From: Candidatus Woesearchaeota archaeon
GTDB taxonomy: Archaea; Nanobdellota; Nanobdellia; UBA10117
DNA length: 59,360 nt
Reading direction: 5' to 3'
Assembly (NCBI GenBank): GCA_964354105.1
Contig: CAYGXM010000005.1
Span: 1 to 59,360, forward strand
Part shown: positions 1-9,830 of the stretch, one piece after another
Layout of the letters: the number at the start of each line of letters is the position of its first letter
How positions within the stretch are numbered: position 1 is the first letter of the stretch
The notes under the pieces: generated by a model
The model's database searches: none
What the model was told of the DNA's origin: nothing
The model's input: only the letters and a program-made list of their open reading frames with translations
Translations under genes and position numbers: made by a program

Positions 1-268
1 CAGGCTCTTTTTTGATATCCCTTCCAAGAACTGAAAGCAAGTTTCTGTACGCCTGCCTGACAAGCCAAAATTCTGTGCCTTCAGGAATATCAACTAGGCT
101 ATAATTGACAGCCCCACAATAGGTATTGACCATAACTGTAAAGCGCCCAATCTTGACATGAAAAGCGACATCCGGCTCCCCCTTCTTGTTTAATTTTTCA
201 ACAAGATCCAGATTAGCCAGCTCTGGGAAATTAAAAATTGACTGTCGCGGAGAATGGCGAACGTGCAT
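1..268 (-). CDS. hypothetical protein, C-terminal part runs off the window
   Basis: Hand translation from ATG at 268: MHVRHSPRQSIFNFPELANLDLVEKLNKKGEPDVAFHVKIG..., open to position 1; no family recognised. Confidence 0.5.
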   Translation of the reverse strand, partial: MHVRHSPRQSIFNFPELANLDLVEKLNKKGEPDVAFHVKIGRFTVMVNTYCGAVNYSLVDIPEGTEFWLVRQAYRNLLSVLGRDIKKEP

Positions 269-354
269 TTCAATAATAATTTAAGATGATAGTCATTTAA
301 AACTTGCCAATTAGCTTCAGTAAGACTTAAATAATCTGATGTTCTGCTCTATAT

Positions 355-537
355 ATGCAAAAATTAAAACAACGGCTGACTTTAGCAGCAGTTGCGCTTG
401 CTTGTACACCAATTACTGTAATGCAACTTCTGGCTACAGGTAATCCCCTAGCAATTGAATTGGGCGCAATGGCTGCGATGTTTGCAGGAATGATTTTTGT
501 CCTTGCAGCTGTAAATATGATGGAAAAGAAATGGTAA
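355..537 (+). CDS. small membrane protein
   Basis: 60 aa with two hydrophobic segments; TATA-like sequence upstream; overlaps the next gene start. Confidence 0.5.
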   Translation: MQKLKQRLTLAAVALACTPITVMQLLATGNPLAIELGAMAAMFAGMIFVLAAVNMMEKKW

Positions 538-761
538 CTGCATATGTTTTGGCAACAATAAAGGCCGGTTCTGAAAGGGATGTAAAAGACAAGCTAAGAA
601 GCATTCCAGAAGTTACTGATGTTAACATTCTTTATGGCGAATATGACTTAATAATCAAGATAGATTTGGACGGCATTTCAGAACTCAGCGATTTCATTCT
701 CGATAAAATCAGGGCAATAAGTGCAATTGAAAGAACTACAACATTAATAGTAGCTGGCTAA
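531..761 (+). CDS. stand-alone Lrp/AsnC ligand-binding (RAM) domain protein
   Basis: AYVLATIKAG...LYGEYDLIIKI...IERTTTLIV pattern; no HTH. Confidence 0.85.
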   Translation: MVTAYVLATIKAGSERDVKDKLRSIPEVTDVNILYGEYDLIIKIDLDGISELSDFILDKIRAISAIERTTTLIVAG

Positions 762-762
762 A

Positions 763-1140
763 ATGCTTTTTCTCACTGAAATCATATTGGGAATTTTTAC
801 AAGCTTGTCTTTCATTTTTGGCTTTATTTTATACAAGGCAGCGAGGGAGGAAATTGACAGCTTTGCATCCAGGTTCAATAATAAAAAACTCGCAGTGCTT
901 CTGCCAAAGATTGCATTGCCAATCGCAGGATTATTCGGCCTGGTGCTTGCAATCTCAACTAAATTGGCATTAGAAAAAACCTTGTCGATTTTAGTATTTG
1001 CGTCTGGAATTGTACTTGGCAGCTTGGCTTTGAGGGCTAAAGAAAGGAAGACATTGATGAAGCACATGATTGAAGTTGTTGCCTTTTTCCTGATATTCTA
1101 TTTCGTTGTTCTGGCATTCATTAATTTGGGAAGATTTTAA
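763..1140 (+). CDS. hypothetical membrane protein
   Basis: 125 aa, about 4 hydrophobic segments. Confidence 0.65.
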   Translation: MLFLTEIILGIFTSLSFIFGFILYKAAREEIDSFASRFNNKKLAVLLPKIALPIAGLFGLVLAISTKLALEKTLSILVFASGIVLGSLALRAKERKTLMKHMIEVVAFFLIFYFVVLAFINLGRF

Positions 1141-1216
1141 CTTGAAGCAAAGGCTTGAGCTGAATGAGTTCAGCTGAGCCAAATTTTGGAGCGCAATTTG
1201 CTTGAAGCAAAGGCTT
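1141..1216. repeat. 16-bp direct repeat (CTTGAAGCAAAGGCTT at 1141 and 1201) flanking a hairpin-forming 44-bp segment
   Basis: Exact repeat seen in the sequence; inner AGCTGAA-TGAG-TTCAGCT and CAAATT...AATTTG inverted repeats. Confidence 0.8.
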
Positions 1217-1245
1217 TTAAAACGTCTACAAATGCGTTAATTACG

Positions 1246-1668
1246 ATGGTATTACCCACAGACGTATCACCACAAAAACTCGCGAGAGAAGTAGCCAATG
1301 CTCTAAAAGATAAAATCGCAGCACCAAAATGGGCTGTCTTTGTTAAAACAGGCACGCACAAGGAAAGGCCTCCTCTAGAGAAAGATTGGTGGCATATCCG
1401 AGCAGCTTCTGTTTTAAGAACAGTTTACAGGAATGGTCCTGTTGGAGTTTCAAAGCTAAGGTCAAAATACGGCGGAAATAAACGCAGGGGGGTAAGACCT
1501 CCTCAATTCACAAAAGCATCAGGCGCAATCTTGAGAAAAATTTTACAGCAATTGGAAACTGCAGGCCTGGTAATGAAAGTAAAAGACGGCGTCCATAAAG
1601 GTCGTGTTGTAACGCCTGCAGGAATTTCACTGCTTTCAAAGGCTGCAACCAGGGCAAAACAACAGTAA
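1246..1668 (+). CDS. rps19e: 30S ribosomal protein S19e
   Basis: VKTGTHKERPP...WWHIRAASVLR...YGG motif; ATG at 1246 preferred over the TTG of the ORF track. Confidence 0.97.
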   Translation: MVLPTDVSPQKLAREVANALKDKIAAPKWAVFVKTGTHKERPPLEKDWWHIRAASVLRTVYRNGPVGVSKLRSKYGGNKRRGVRPPQFTKASGAILRKILQQLETAGLVMKVKDGVHKGRVVTPAGISLLSKAATRAKQQ

Positions 1669-1669
1669 A

Positions 1670-1984
1670 ATGGCTAAACAAGAATATATTGAAGATCTCA
1701 GGAAAAAATTAGCACAAGAATCTGTACAGAATGAAAATCAGGAATTCGTGCAGAGACAACTGGACTCTGCAAAAAAGTCGATTGTTCAAAGGTATTTGAC
1801 CCCGGAGGCGAGGCAAAGGCTTGCCAATATAAGAACCGCAAGACCTGCGCTTGCAGATGCTGTCGAAACAGCATTAATGGAAGCCAGTCAAACGGGAATG
1901 TTAAAACAACAGATTGGCGAAATGGAATTGAAGCAATTCCTGGATCAGATAAACCAAAAACCAAAATTCAAAATCATTAAGTAA
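1670..1984 (+). CDS. PDCD5-related DNA-binding protein
   Basis: LTPEARQRLANIRTARP motif; conserved position after rps19e. Confidence 0.92.
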   Translation: MAKQEYIEDLRKKLAQESVQNENQEFVQRQLDSAKKSIVQRYLTPEARQRLANIRTARPALADAVETALMEASQTGMLKQQIGEMELKQFLDQINQKPKFKIIK

Positions 1985-1990
1985 AAGAAA

Positions 1991-2164
1991 ATGGCAAAAG
2001 TTCAAAGTTCCGGAAAAAAGAAACGTCTTGGCAAGGCAGCAAAACAAACAAGGTGGGCTCCTTTCTGGCTGGTCACAAGAAAGCTCGGAAAAGGTGCAAA
2101 AACCCATCCTTCTGCTTTGACAAAAGTAAAAAGAAATTGGAGGAGAACTAAGCTAAGAGCTTGA
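1991..2164 (+). CDS. rpl39e: 50S ribosomal protein L39e
   Basis: Hand translation MAKVQSSGKKKRLGKAAKQTRWAPFW...RNWRRTKLRA; synteny with rps19e and rpl31e. Confidence 0.93.
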   Translation: MAKVQSSGKKKRLGKAAKQTRWAPFWLVTRKLGKGAKTHPSALTKVKRNWRRTKLRA

Positions 2165-2170
2165 TGAAAC

Positions 2171-2611
2171 ATGGTAGAGAGAATCTATAACATTCCATTA
2201 AGGCGCGACGTCGTGATGAGTCCTAAGTGGAGGCGGAGCAAGAAAGCAATCAATGTAATTCAAGCATATTTATTGAAGCACACAAAAGTTTCAAACATAA
2301 AACTTAGCAGATGGATAAATGAATTTGTCTGGGAAAAAGGTGGCAAAAATCCGCCTGCCAAAATCACATTAAAAGTAAGCATTGATAAGGAAAAAAACAT
2401 TGCACGAGCAGAACTTGCAGAACTGCCTAAGAAGGCAACTAGAAAATTAGAGACAAAGAAAAAGGAAGAAGCAAAAGCAAAGAGAGTCGAGGAGAAAAAG
2501 CCGCAAATAGAAGAAGTTCCTGCAGAGGAAGAAAAGACAGAAGAGAAAAAGGAAGAAACAAAGGCTGTTGCGGCTCCGACAGCAAAGCAAGAAGCTGCGA
2601 TGCACAAGTAA
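2171..2611 (+). CDS. rpl31e: 50S ribosomal protein L31e with charged C-terminal extension
   Basis: ERIYNIPLR...KWRRSKKAI...WEKGGKNPP. Confidence 0.96.
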   Translation: MVERIYNIPLRRDVVMSPKWRRSKKAINVIQAYLLKHTKVSNIKLSRWINEFVWEKGGKNPPAKITLKVSIDKEKNIARAELAELPKKATRKLETKKKEEAKAKRVEEKKPQIEEVPAEEEKTEEKKEETKAVAAPTAKQEAAMHK

Positions 2612-2623
2612 CCGGCTGTTAAA

Positions 2624-3310
2624 ATGTCACAAAAACATATTTCTATTTTAAGTTTCCATGGCGACCCAAACATAGGCCTGCATGGGCTTGCAACAGACAA
2701 ATATTGTTTAGTCGGAAAGTGCGTTTCCGACAAGCAAGTTAAGGAATTAGAAGATATTTTTAAAGTTCCAGTCTACAGAACAACTTTGTACGGCACAGAT
2801 TTAATTGGGCTATTTGCGGCCGGCAACTCTTCTGTTCTGTTAATTCCTAAAATAGTTTTTGAAAATGAGCTGAAAGTCCTGAAAAATTTCCTTGAAAAAA
2901 TAAATGTTAAGGTTGCAGTAATCGACACGGAGCACACCGCATTCGGGAACAACATTTTATTAGATGATAAAACTGCGATAATAAGTTCTGCCTTCAACCA
3001 GTCTGCTAAAAAACAAATACATGATGCATTAGGCATTAAACCAATAGTGATGGATTTAGCGCGCATGTCTGTTCCGGGCTCTGTCGGCAAAATTACAAAC
3101 AAGGGTGGAATCTTTTCCCCTAATTTAAGCGATGACGACATCAAAAAAGTAGAATCTTTATTAAAAATTGAAATAGGCTTGGGGACTATAAACTTGGGAA
3201 ATCCGTTCTTATCTGCAGGATTGATTGCAAACAGCTTTGGCTTTGCCATAGGGATACAAAGTTCTGGCTTTGAAATCTCAAGAGTTGATGAAAGTTTAAG
3301 ATTCATCTAA
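2624..3310 (+). CDS. eif6: translation initiation factor 6
   Basis: GDPNIGL...GTINLGNPFLSAGLIANS; synteny. Confidence 0.95.
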   Translation: MSQKHISILSFHGDPNIGLHGLATDKYCLVGKCVSDKQVKELEDIFKVPVYRTTLYGTDLIGLFAAGNSSVLLIPKIVFENELKVLKNFLEKINVKVAVIDTEHTAFGNNILLDDKTAIISSAFNQSAKKQIHDALGIKPIVMDLARMSVPGSVGKITNKGGIFSPNLSDDDIKKVESLLKIEIGLGTINLGNPFLSAGLIANSFGFAIGIQSSGFEISRVDESLRFI

Positions 3311-3354
3311 ACCCTTTACAAGCATTTTTAAACTACCATTTTGCTCTTTTTAGC

Positions 3355-3777
3355 ATGGATAAAAAGGCTTTGCAAGAAAAGTATGTTGAATTGCAACTTT
3401 TATCAATGCAGATAAAACAAGTTGAAGAACAGCTTAATCTTTTAGACCAAAAAACAATGGAGATGGTGAATTTGCGCGAATCCCTTCACAGATTGCATGA
3501 ATTGAAACAAAACTCTAAAGCTCTTGTACCACTCGGCCAGGGCATTTTCACTTCAGGAAATATAGACAATACAAATGAGGTTCTTTTGAATGTCGGCTCT
3601 GGCGTCATGGTGAGGAAAAACACCCATGAAGCTGAAGAGAGCATAACAAAGCAAATTGGCCAGCTGGAAGATATAATTTTAGAACTAAGCCACAGCTTAA
3701 AGGAGTTTGCGACAAAAGCTCAAGCCGTAGAAGCGGAAATAGACAAAATATCATCAAAAGAAGAAAAAGATGTTTGA
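3355..3777 (+). CDS. pfdA: prefoldin alpha subunit
   Basis: LVPLGQGIF...VLLNVGSGVMVRK with flanking coiled coils. Confidence 0.95.
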   Translation: MDKKALQEKYVELQLLSMQIKQVEEQLNLLDQKTMEMVNLRESLHRLHELKQNSKALVPLGQGIFTSGNIDNTNEVLLNVGSGVMVRKNTHEAEESITKQIGQLEDIILELSHSLKEFATKAQAVEAEIDKISSKEEKDV

Positions 3778-4873
3778 CTTCCTGAAGAAAGCGTTCAAAG
3801 GATTTTCTGATAGAGTTAGCAAGCCAGAAGCGCCCAAAACAGAAGCTGAAGAGAAAAAGCCTATTGAGAAAGTTGAAGCTCTCAGGGAAGAAAAACTTAT
3901 TCCTGCTAAAGTTAAAGTGGCAGAGCTAAAACTTCCTGAAGAGATTCCCTTAGAAAAACCAAAAGTTCTCAGAAAGTTAGAACAAAAGGAAAAAGAAAAA
4001 ACATTTATGCAGAGGTTAGCTGCAGTAGTTACAGAATCTAAGTTAACAGATGAGCAATTCAGCAAATTTTTCACGGATTTAGAATTGGAACTGATACAAA
4101 ATAACGTCGCTTTCCCGATTATCCAGCAATTAAGAAATAATTTGGACAAAGAGCTTGTTGGAAAATCAATGCCAAGGGCGCAGATAACTGAAAAAATCAA
4201 AGATATTTTGAGAGATACAATCCTGCATATTTTAGAAACACCCAAACCATTAGATATTTTAGAGTTAGCGAGAGAAAAGAAATCCAAAAATGAAGCCCTT
4301 GTTTTGATGTTTGTTGGCACGAACGGCCACGGAAAGACAACAACTCTTGCGAAACTTACAAATTTATTCCAGAAACATAATTACAAATGCATTCTCGCAG
4401 CTTCAGATACTTTCAGGGCGGCATCAATTGAGCAATTAGAGCATCACGCCAACAAATTAAGTGTAAGGATGATTAAACACAAATACGGCGCAGACCCCGC
4501 TGCTGTAGCATTTGATGCTGTCAAGGCTAAAGACAAGGACATCGTTTTGATTGATACTGCTGGAAGGCAAACACCGGATGCAAATCTGATGGAAGAGATG
4601 GCTAAAATCAAGAGGGTTGCCAAGCCAGACATTACTATTTTTGTAGGAGAATCAATTGCGGGCTCTGATTTAGTAGAGCAGGCGAGGGCATTTAATGAAA
4701 AGATTGGCATAGATGGCATAATTCTTACAAAAGCGGATGTTGATGATAAGGGCGGAGCCTTGTTGTCAGTTGTGCAGGCAACAAACAAACCTATTATGTT
4801 CATAGGAACAGGCCAGAATTATGACGACATAGAGAAGTTCGAGCCTGAGAAGTTTATTAGCAAGATTCTTTAA
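3770..4873 (+). CDS. ftsY: SRP receptor FtsY
   Basis: GTNGHGKTTT, DTFRAAS, DTAGR, TKAD, GTGQ motifs. Confidence 0.97.
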   Translation: MFDFLKKAFKGFSDRVSKPEAPKTEAEEKKPIEKVEALREEKLIPAKVKVAELKLPEEIPLEKPKVLRKLEQKEKEKTFMQRLAAVVTESKLTDEQFSKFFTDLELELIQNNVAFPIIQQLRNNLDKELVGKSMPRAQITEKIKDILRDTILHILETPKPLDILELAREKKSKNEALVLMFVGTNGHGKTTTLAKLTNLFQKHNYKCILAASDTFRAASIEQLEHHANKLSVRMIKHKYGADPAAVAFDAVKAKDKDIVLIDTAGRQTPDANLMEEMAKIKRVAKPDITIFVGESIAGSDLVEQARAFNEKIGIDGIILTKADVDDKGGALLSVVQATNKPIMFIGTGQNYDDIEKFEPEKFISKIL

Positions 4874-4911
4874 CAGATATGCTTTTTAAATCCCTAAATT
4901 AGTGTCTAGAT

Positions 4912-6255
4912 ATGCTAGACAACTTAGGCGAATCCCTCAAGGATAGCTTGAGAAAGCTGTTGAAAATTTCCCTTGTAGATAGAAAGCTTGTTGACGAATT
5001 GGCTGTAGACATAAAGAAATCTCTTCTGGCAGGAGATGTAAACCCTCCGCTTGCAACAAAAATCACTGAATCAATCAAAAAAAGAGCTTTGGAGGAAAAA
5101 CCAAAAGCTGGCTTGACTCATAGAGAGCATGTCATTAACATTGTTTATGAAGAGCTTGTTAAATTATTGGGAGCAGAGCCTGGAAAATTTGAAATCAAAG
5201 AGAAACCAACTAGGATTTTGCTTATCGGCCTTTTTGGCTCTGGAAAGACAACAACAGCTGCAAAGCTTGCAAAACTTTTCAAGAAACAAGGACAGAAAGT
5301 TTGCCTTGTGCAGACTGATACCTGGAGGCCTGCAGCTTATGAGCAATTAAAGCAGCTTTCTGAAAAATTAAATGTTCCATTCTATGGAATAAAAGAAGAG
5401 AAAGATCCAATTAAAATCATAAAGAAATTCGAGCCTGACTTTTCCAGATTTAATGTTATAATTATTGATTCCGCAGGCAGAGATGCTTTGAGTTCAGAAC
5501 TAACCGCAGAGCTGAAAAAATTAAATGAAATCATAAAGCCTCATGAAAAACTTCTTGTGTTATCCGGTGATATTGGCCAGGCTGCAAAAACACAGGCCAA
5601 AGCTTTCCAGGATTCAGTTGGCATTTCAGGAGTAATAATAACAAAACTCGATGGAACTGCCAAAGGCGGAGGTGCTTTGTCTGCTTGTGCAGAAACAAAT
5701 GCTAAGGTAAAATTCATTGGAACAGGCGAACACGTAGATGATTTTGAAGATTACGAACCAAAACGTTTCGTATCTCGTTTGTTAGGTTTAGGAGATCTTC
5801 AGACATTATTATCAAAAGCTGAAGAAGCAATAAAGAAGGAAGAAGCAGAAGCTCTTGCTAAGAAATTCATCAAAGCAGAATTCACTTTTGATGATTTGAT
5901 GAAGCAGATGGAAGCCCTTCAGAAAATGGGGCCTCTGAAGCAGGTGATGTCTATGATTCCGGGAATGGGCATGGCCAAGTTGCCTGAAGAATTGCTGAAT
6001 GTGCAGGAAGGAAAGATGAAATCCTGGAGACATATCATTCAATCAATGACAAAGCAGGAAAGAGATAATCCTGATTTGATTGATGCCTCTCGTGTTAAAA
6101 GAATTGCAAAAGGCTCTGGCAAATCAGAGGCAGATGTTAGGGATTTAATGAAACAATATGCCCAGATGAAGAAAATGATGAAAATGATGGGCAACCAGAA
6201 GCAGATGCAAAAGCTCCAGAAGATGTTAGGCGGTAAAATGCCTATGGGCTTTTAG
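4912..6255 (+). CDS. srp54: signal recognition particle protein SRP54
   Basis: GLFGSGKTTT, DSAGR, TKLDGTAKGGGALS, Met-rich M domain. Confidence 0.98.
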   Translation: MLDNLGESLKDSLRKLLKISLVDRKLVDELAVDIKKSLLAGDVNPPLATKITESIKKRALEEKPKAGLTHREHVINIVYEELVKLLGAEPGKFEIKEKPTRILLIGLFGSGKTTTAAKLAKLFKKQGQKVCLVQTDTWRPAAYEQLKQLSEKLNVPFYGIKEEKDPIKIIKKFEPDFSRFNVIIIDSAGRDALSSELTAELKKLNEIIKPHEKLLVLSGDIGQAAKTQAKAFQDSVGISGVIITKLDGTAKGGGALSACAETNAKVKFIGTGEHVDDFEDYEPKRFVSRLLGLGDLQTLLSKAEEAIKKEEAEALAKKFIKAEFTFDDLMKQMEALQKMGPLKQVMSMIPGMGMAKLPEELLNVQEGKMKSWRHIIQSMTKQERDNPDLIDASRVKRIAKGSGKSEADVRDLMKQYAQMKKMMKMMGNQKQMQKLQKMLGGKMPMGF

Positions 6256-6844
6256 TGCATAAATCTATGAATTCTTTTTGGGAGCAAACTGCTGGGATTA
6301 CATCATCTACTGTAAATGCTGCCTTAGATGTTTGAAGTATGACTGTATGGTATTTTAACAAAGATTCGGTAATTAATCCACTAACTTTTTGGATGCTGTA
6401 ACAACTCCTATTCGGATCTGGAGTGTTATTCGCGACTTCAATAAAATGATAGGGTCTGTTCATGTCCATTTTAATAGGTTTATAGCTATTTGGTTTATAG
6501 TGCATGATGCACTCCATGCCTAAATTATACTTGGAAACTATGTCGTCTAATATTTTAATTTCCTTTGCGAATTGTGGGAAGTTCTTTTGGAGGTATTCTG
6601 GTGAGGCTCCAAAATATTCCCATGAACTCATTTTTATGATAGGAACTACCTGCTCTCCAAACTTAGCTGGGTTAACATGAAAATATATTTTCTTTCCTTC
6701 ATATGTCCAGTCAAGGCCGTGGAATATTGGATTAATTTTTCCTATTAAAGATAATTCGCCTTCGAGCTTTTTCTCAACTGCTTTTACAGATGGAAGATTT
6801 TGTATGTTCATGCCTGAATAGGGAAGCAAAGCCTTAAAAATCAT
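6242..6844 (-). CDS. hypothetical protein
   Basis: 200-aa ORF filling the gap; no family recognised. Confidence 0.6.
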   Translation of the reverse strand: MIFKALLPYSGMNIQNLPSVKAVEKKLEGELSLIGKINPIFHGLDWTYEGKKIYFHVNPAKFGEQVVPIIKMSSWEYFGASPEYLQKNFPQFAKEIKILDDIVSKYNLGMECIMHYKPNSYKPIKMDMNRPYHFIEVANNTPDPNRSCYSIQKVSGLITESLLKYHTVILQTSKAAFTVDDVIPAVCSQKEFIDLCTKSP

Positions 6845-6919
6845 GTTCTAGGGTCTCTTTATGCGCAGGAGCATCAGCGACGAGCATTCGTTCTGGTCAA
6901 GCTCTTGTAAAGAGGTTGA

Positions 6920-7213
6920 ATGGTTCAAAGAGTAGGCGGTTTCCGCTGTAAGACAAGGCATGCCTTGAGAAAGGTACCCAGAACATCCGGAAAAGTGTCT
7001 ATAACAAGGCAGCTACAGCAATTCAACATAGGCGATGCTGTAACCTTAGCTCCAGAGCCAGCTATTCATAACGGAATGCCTCACCCGCGCTATAAAAATA
7101 GAACTGGAAAAATAATCGAAAAGAGGGGTTCTGCTTACATGGTTAGGGTAAGGGACGGAGACACCACTAAAGATTTAATAGCCGCCCCAGTTCATTTAAG
7201 GAGAGTAAAATGA
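6920..7213 (+). CDS. rpl21e: 50S ribosomal protein L21e
   Basis: GMPHPRYKNRTGKI...PVHLR. Confidence 0.96.
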   Translation: MVQRVGGFRCKTRHALRKVPRTSGKVSITRQLQQFNIGDAVTLAPEPAIHNGMPHPRYKNRTGKIIEKRGSAYMVRVRDGDTTKDLIAAPVHLRRVK

Positions 7214-7545
7214 GTGAAGAAATACTGTCAAAAGAGCCTATTGCAATACCTATGCTGGGCGGATTTTTGAAAGAAGCAAAGAAAGAAGACAGGGCTAAAG
7301 TCCAAGATGAGATTGCAGATTATGCCAAAAAAACTTCAAAATTGACTGAAGCCAGCTGTACAAAATTAATTGCAGAGCTCAAAGAACTAAACATACCAGG
7401 AATGACTCCTGAATTAATAGTATCATTAGCTAACATAGCGCCTATCACAATGACGGAAATAAGGGCTGTGATGTCTGGAAAGTCGAATATAAACCCGGAA
7501 AACTTTAAAAGGATACATGAAGTTCTAGTTAAATACGCAGGCTGA
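7210..7545 (+). CDS. rpoF: RNA polymerase subunit Rpo4 (RpoF)
   Basis: Position between rpl21e and DUF655; YAKKTSKL...LANIAPITMTEIR HRDC-like pattern. Confidence 0.85.
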   Translation: MSEEILSKEPIAIPMLGGFLKEAKKEDRAKVQDEIADYAKKTSKLTEASCTKLIAELKELNIPGMTPELIVSLANIAPITMTEIRAVMSGKSNINPENFKRIHEVLVKYAG

Positions 7546-7584
7546 TAACCAGCAGAAGAAAAATGAATGGACTAAACGCGAGCA

Positions 7585-8148
7585 ATGAATATGATACCGC
7601 AGAGAAAAAGCAAGGAAGAGTATGTAGTCATTTTAGACTACTTGCATCATGGGTATCTCGAAGACTCGCGCCCGATGCATAGAAAGGAGCCTATCGCACA
7701 AGGCATTGGCAAATCTTTTTTCACATTGCTTGAACTTGTCCCATCTGTACAACTAAAGCCGCATGACGAAGCTTACATTGGAGAAGGCAAGCGGGACAAG
7801 ATTGCATACATTAAGGGAACTATGTTTTATGACAGATTAACACAAACTGCAAAGGCGGAGCTGCCTTCAGTTATAGAGCGGATAATTTTAGCAAATGAGA
7901 AATTATTCGTGCAGTTCTTCAACACAGCGGGCCCCATCAGCCTCAGGGCGCATCAAGTGGAATTATTGCCTGGTGTCGGCAAAAAACATGCGCAGTCTTT
8001 AATCGATGAAAGGCAAAAGAAGCCATTCGAGTCTTTTGAAGATATAAAAAAGAGAGTTCCTGCAGTTGATCCTATGAAAGTTATTGTAGACAGAATACTT
8101 GCTGAATTACAAGAGAAAGACAGGCACAGATTATTTGTTAGACGCTAA
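7585..8148 (+). CDS. DUF655 putative RNA-binding protein
   Basis: VILDYL, FTLLEL, LRAHQVELLPGVGKK, PFESFEDI. Confidence 0.93.
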   Translation: MNMIPQRKSKEEYVVILDYLHHGYLEDSRPMHRKEPIAQGIGKSFFTLLELVPSVQLKPHDEAYIGEGKRDKIAYIKGTMFYDRLTQTAKAELPSVIERIILANEKLFVQFFNTAGPISLRAHQVELLPGVGKKHAQSLIDERQKKPFESFEDIKKRVPAVDPMKVIVDRILAELQEKDRHRLFVRR

Positions 8149-8504
8149 GGCTTTTTAGTTTTGGGCTCCAAAGCTTTACAATTATCCAAGAGATAAAACT
8201 TATCAGGCTTCAAATCAAAAATTTTTCCATTCAAATAAAATTCATCACCTTTAAAGTCAACTTTCCACGTTGAGCCCCACAAAGCAGTCACAAGCCCGGA
8301 CTCTTCGTCAAAATCCTTAGACGGCTTCTCGGGATGCGTCATCACCAGAACGTTATCTTTTTTTACATTTCCCGTATAAGCATTGATAACTACAAACCCA
8401 TTCCCTGAAAAATCAAGGAATGGCTCTGCCCAAAAAAATTCAGGACCCCAATATTTTATACGTGGTCCTATTTGACATACAAATCCCATAAAGCTATCAA
8501 ACAC
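8145..8504 (-). CDS. hypothetical protein
   Basis: 119-aa ORF, no family recognised. Confidence 0.55.
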   Translation of the reverse strand: MFDSFMGFVCQIGPRIKYWGPEFFWAEPFLDFSGNGFVVINAYTGNVKKDNVLVMTHPEKPSKDFDEESGLVTALWGSTWKVDFKGDEFYLNGKIFDLKPDKFYLLDNCKALEPKTKKP

Positions 8505-8525
8505 ATTAAGTTTAAAATGGTTTTG

Positions 8526-9281
8526 CTAGAACTTTCTTAAAATAGCAAAATATGCACCCCATTGTGTGCCAGGACCATTTTCTTCGTAAGCTTTATCCGA
8601 TAATTTCCAACCATTTAGCAAAGCACTTTTAGCTAGTTGGCCGGGTGGAATTTGAACCCACTTGTGCCAAGCACCAAAATTTTTCCCGCTGACGTGCCTC
8701 CAAACTCTTTGCCCAATATATCTACCTAATTTCAAGTTTCTCCTTTGGTAATCCTTATCTTCTATAGTTTGCATTTTGTAAGGATCATTACTTTCACCGA
8801 TAATTATTGCATCATCAGTTGTTACTGGCAAAAGCCTTCGGAGCAAATTTTCTAAATTTTCAATTGTCCCTGGTGAGCCTAAACCATTTCCGTACATAAT
8901 AACTGTATCAAATTTTCCTTCTGGTAATTTTTTGTTAAAATCCAATTTTTCTGTAGGTGTGTCATAAAATCCTCTTGCAAGATGCACTAAGCTTGGCGAT
9001 TTATCAACGGCTAAAACATCATAATCCTTTCTATCTTTCAAGTACATACCAATTCGTCCGGTTCCACAACCTAAATCGAGAACTCTGCCTTTTGCCTGCT
9101 TAAGGAATTCTTTTTCAAGTGGTCGCATATGTGCTAAAGAAATATAATACTCTAATGGAAATTCTCCCATTCGAATATGATTATCAAGTTCTAATCCTAT
9201 CTTGGGTTGATGGTCGCTATCTGTATGACCATCAAAACATTTACAGCAAAGCTTTCCGAATAAATCGTAAACATACGACAT
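8526..9281 (-). CDS. class I SAM-dependent methyltransferase
   Basis: VLDLGCGTGR motif I, VDKS, KFDTVIM. Confidence 0.9.
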   Translation of the reverse strand: MSYVYDLFGKLCCKCFDGHTDSDHQPKIGLELDNHIRMGEFPLEYYISLAHMRPLEKEFLKQAKGRVLDLGCGTGRIGMYLKDRKDYDVLAVDKSPSLVHLARGFYDTPTEKLDFNKKLPEGKFDTVIMYGNGLGSPGTIENLENLLRRLLPVTTDDAIIIGESNDPYKMQTIEDKDYQRRNLKLGRYIGQRVWRHVSGKNFGAWHKWVQIPPGQLAKSALLNGWKLSDKAYEENGPGTQWGAYFAILRKF

Positions 9282-9305
9282 AAATTTGTAAGAACATAAA
9301 CTTAT

Positions 9306-9797
9306 TTAAGCCTTTAGAACTAATCCAATATCTTCGCCGCAAGTTTTTATCTCTAGAATTTTGAAATAATTCTCGACAGAAGAAAGTTTATCCGCAAACT
9401 TGCTCAATACAGTTATGACGGCAAGCCCTTCTGGCTTAAGGACTCTTGCAATTTCTCTAAACAGATTACCTGCAGATTCAAGATTCTGCAATGTTGTAAA
9501 GCTCAAAACAGTGCTGAAAGTATTATCTTTGTATGGAAGCTGCTCGGCGTCTCCCTGTACCGCCATTTCAGCAGATTTTTTGAGGCTGGCAAAAGAAATG
9601 TCCAGACCATAGAGCTTCCCCTTCAGATATTTTTGAAGCATTCCAGTGCCGGAACCTAAATCAAGGATTGGCTCTTTCAATTGCAAATCTTCAAGCATAA
9701 TTCGATACTTCTCTTCCTGAATATCTCCATATCTGCTATCATAAACGTCTGCAGTTTTGTCATACTGCTCCTTTATTTCCTGCTTTTTTGAGGACAT
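9306..9797 (-). CDS. class I SAM-dependent methyltransferase (Methyltransf_11-like)
   Basis: ILDLGSGTG, GDAEQLPYKDNTF, RVLKPEG. Confidence 0.92.
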   Translation of the reverse strand: MSSKKQEIKEQYDKTADVYDSRYGDIQEEKYRIMLEDLQLKEPILDLGSGTGMLQKYLKGKLYGLDISFASLKKSAEMAVQGDAEQLPYKDNTFSTVLSFTTLQNLESAGNLFREIARVLKPEGLAVITVLSKFADKLSSVENYFKILEIKTCGEDIGLVLKA

Positions 9798-9830
9798 AGC
9801 TTTTTAATCCAAAATTGGCTTTTAAAATGT

